From Candidatus Dormibacteria bacterium (GTDB lineage: Bacteria > Chloroflexota > Dormibacteria > Aeolococcales > Aeolococcaceae): a DNA stretch of 64,000 nt. Location: the NCBI GenBank assembly GCA_049521435.1, contig JBEKOU010000003.1:12688-76687 (forward strand), given 5' to 3'. The translations under genes and the position numbers were made by a program. Under the pieces are notes generated by a model. The model did not search any database, had not been told where the DNA came from, and worked only from the letters and a program-made list of their open reading frames with translations. This document shows positions 62,927 through 64,000 of this stretch, in pieces (positions within the stretch are counted from its first letter, which is position 1; every line of letters begins with the position of its first letter).

Positions 62927-64000
62927 GTGCTCGGAGTGCATGCCCACGCGGACGGCCAAAGCGGAGGGCTCCGTCTCGGGATCAGCCGCCACGCGGCGAT
63001 GGTCACCGGCGCGGTCCTCGCGGCCTACGCCGTCACCCAGGGCATCCGCGGCGTCATCACGGTCAGATCGGGCTCGCCGAACGACTTCGCGGCCTTCGCC
63101 TCCGCTTCGCGAATGATCGTCGACGGATCACAGTGCCTCTACTGCGCGGGGCCGCTGCGCGCGGCGGAGAGCGCCTATCTGGGAGCGGCGCAGCCGGGGA
63201 CGGACCCCTTTCAGAACCCGCCGATCGCGGCTCTCGTTCTCACCCCGCTGGCCGAGCTGCCCCGCACCGTGGGGCTCTGCCTGTTCATCGCCATCTCGAT
63301 GCTCGCCATCGGGCTCGGAGGGTGGCTCCTCGTCAAGCGATTGGGCTGCCCACTGTGGGTCACGCTCCTCGCCGTCCTCTCGCTGCCGACAGCCTGGGTC
63401 ATCGCCGAGGGTCAGTGGGACGCCCTCCTCCTGGTGGCCCTGGTGGCCGCCGTCCTGCTGCTGGAGCGCCACCCGGTTCTCGCCGGCCTCCTCCTCTCCG
63501 TGCTCGCGATCAAGATCCAGACGGTGTGGCTGGCGCCCGTGGTCTTGATTGCTCTCGGGCGCTGGCGCGCTCTCCTCGGGATGGGCATCGGCGCCGCTGT
63601 AATAGCGGTGAGCACGGTCGCGATCCTGGGCGCCCACTGGGTGGACTGGCCCCGCACCCTGATCCTGAGGGGCAGCCAGCAGGAGGCCGGTACCATCGGC
63701 CTGCCGGGGATCGCCGCTTCGCTGTGGGGAAGCGCCGCCGGGTTCCTCGTCTTCGCGGTCGCAGCCGTCCTCGCGGTGGTGGCCAGCTGGGGACTGCGGC
63801 GGAGCCTGCGCCACGATCCCCAGCTCGCGATCGCAGCGGCGGTGGCCGTCTCGCTTCTGCTGGCCCCGCACGTCTTCTCCACCGACCTCCTGCTGCTGGC
63901 GCCCGCCCTGGGGCTCGCCGGCCGGCGGCTCCCCATCTCCAGCGCGGTCGCCGCCCTCCTGCTGTCAGTGGCATACGTGATCGGTACCCTCCCCCTGATC
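62927..64000 (+). CDS. GT-C membrane glycosyltransferase, DUF2029/GT87-like, paralog of 58441..59730 (3' end beyond the window)
   Basis: Own translation: ...NDFAAFASASRMIVDGSQCLYCAGPLRAAES...QNPPIAALVLTPLAELP...GQWDALLLVALVAAVLLLERHPVLAGLLLSVLAIKIQTVWLAPVVLIALGRWRALLG. It is colinear with the other paralog. The first in-frame start after the stop at 62810 is the GTG at 62927. Confidence 0.65.
   Translation, partial: MLGVHAHADGQSGGLRLGISRHAAMVTGAVLAAYAVTQGIRGVITVRSGSPNDFAAFASASRMIVDGSQCLYCAGPLRAAESAYLGAAQPGTDPFQNPPIAALVLTPLAELPRTVGLCLFIAISMLAIGLGGWLLVKRLGCPLWVTLLAVLSLPTAWVIAEGQWDALLLVALVAAVLLLERHPVLAGLLLSVLAIKIQTVWLAPVVLIALGRWRALLGMGIGAAVIAVSTVAILGAHWVDWPRTLILRGSQQEAGTIGLPGIAASLWGSAAGFLVFAVAAVLAVVASWGLRRSLRHDPQLAIAAAVAVSLLLAPHVFSTDLLLLAPALGLAGRRLPISSAVAALLLSVAYVIGTLPLI

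Overview
Visibly high-GC (about 70% by eye) chromosomal segment that looks Actinomycetota-like or terrabacterial. All calls come from reading the sequence and the ORF track; no searches were run. Family names are motif recognition from memory. Coordinates of non-ORF elements may be off by 1-2 nt. I support about 65 protein genes, one tRNA-Glu(UUC) and one TPP riboswitch. I saw no rRNA, CRISPR array, transposase or integrase. Many very long ORFs in the track are antisense artefacts of the GC content.

Layout:
- 1-3.9 kb: housekeeping (AlkZ-like fragment, PEP carboxylase, dienelactone hydrolase).
- 3.9-10.4 kb: accessory stretch with a WXG/T7SS-type polymorphic toxin plus immunity gene, a vapBC pair, and a translationally coupled operon of lipoprotein, PKD-like secreted protein and three TadE/TadG-like pseudopilins.
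- 10.4-13.3 kb: minus-strand operon of a short strongly initiated leader ORF, a hairpin, a PLP decarboxylase and small membrane proteins.
- 13.6-17.4 kb: PadR, ABC-2 exporter, then a Fic gene behind an AT-rich palindromic region.
- 18.3-20.9 kb: aldo/keto reductase, a tandem structured repeat, acyl-CoA dehydrogenase.
- 20.9-24.1 kb: an NRAMP-related transporter with a Mg-type (NRMT-like) site, preceded by a soluble MgtE-N/CBS protein.
- 24.2-27.2 kb: lipoprotein plus OmpR/histidine-kinase operon.
- 28.5-35.1 kb: fully overlap-coupled Wsp-like chemosensory operon (CheW, CheA-REC, 58-aa ORF, CheB, CheR-TPR, CheW, REC-GGDEF) with no receptor gene.
- 35.6-46.2 kb: redox and sugar genes, including a Grx-TrxR fusion and a 7-repeat CWAVG propeller lipoprotein.
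- 46.2-50.0 kb: TPP riboswitch-thiD-thiM-thiE-NCS1 permease.
- 50.2-56.2 kb: peptide-type ABC importer.
- 56.3-64.0 kb: gltX, three GT-C membrane glycosyltransferases (two inverted paralogs), tRNA-Glu, MBL hydrolase, HhH-GPD protein.

The most interesting candidates are the receptor-less Wsp-like operon with its unannotated coupled ORF, the MgtE-N/NRMT pair, the polymorphic toxin module, the orphan Tad-like operon, the leader-ORF/decarboxylase operon, and the covarying tandem hairpin repeat at 19.5 kb.
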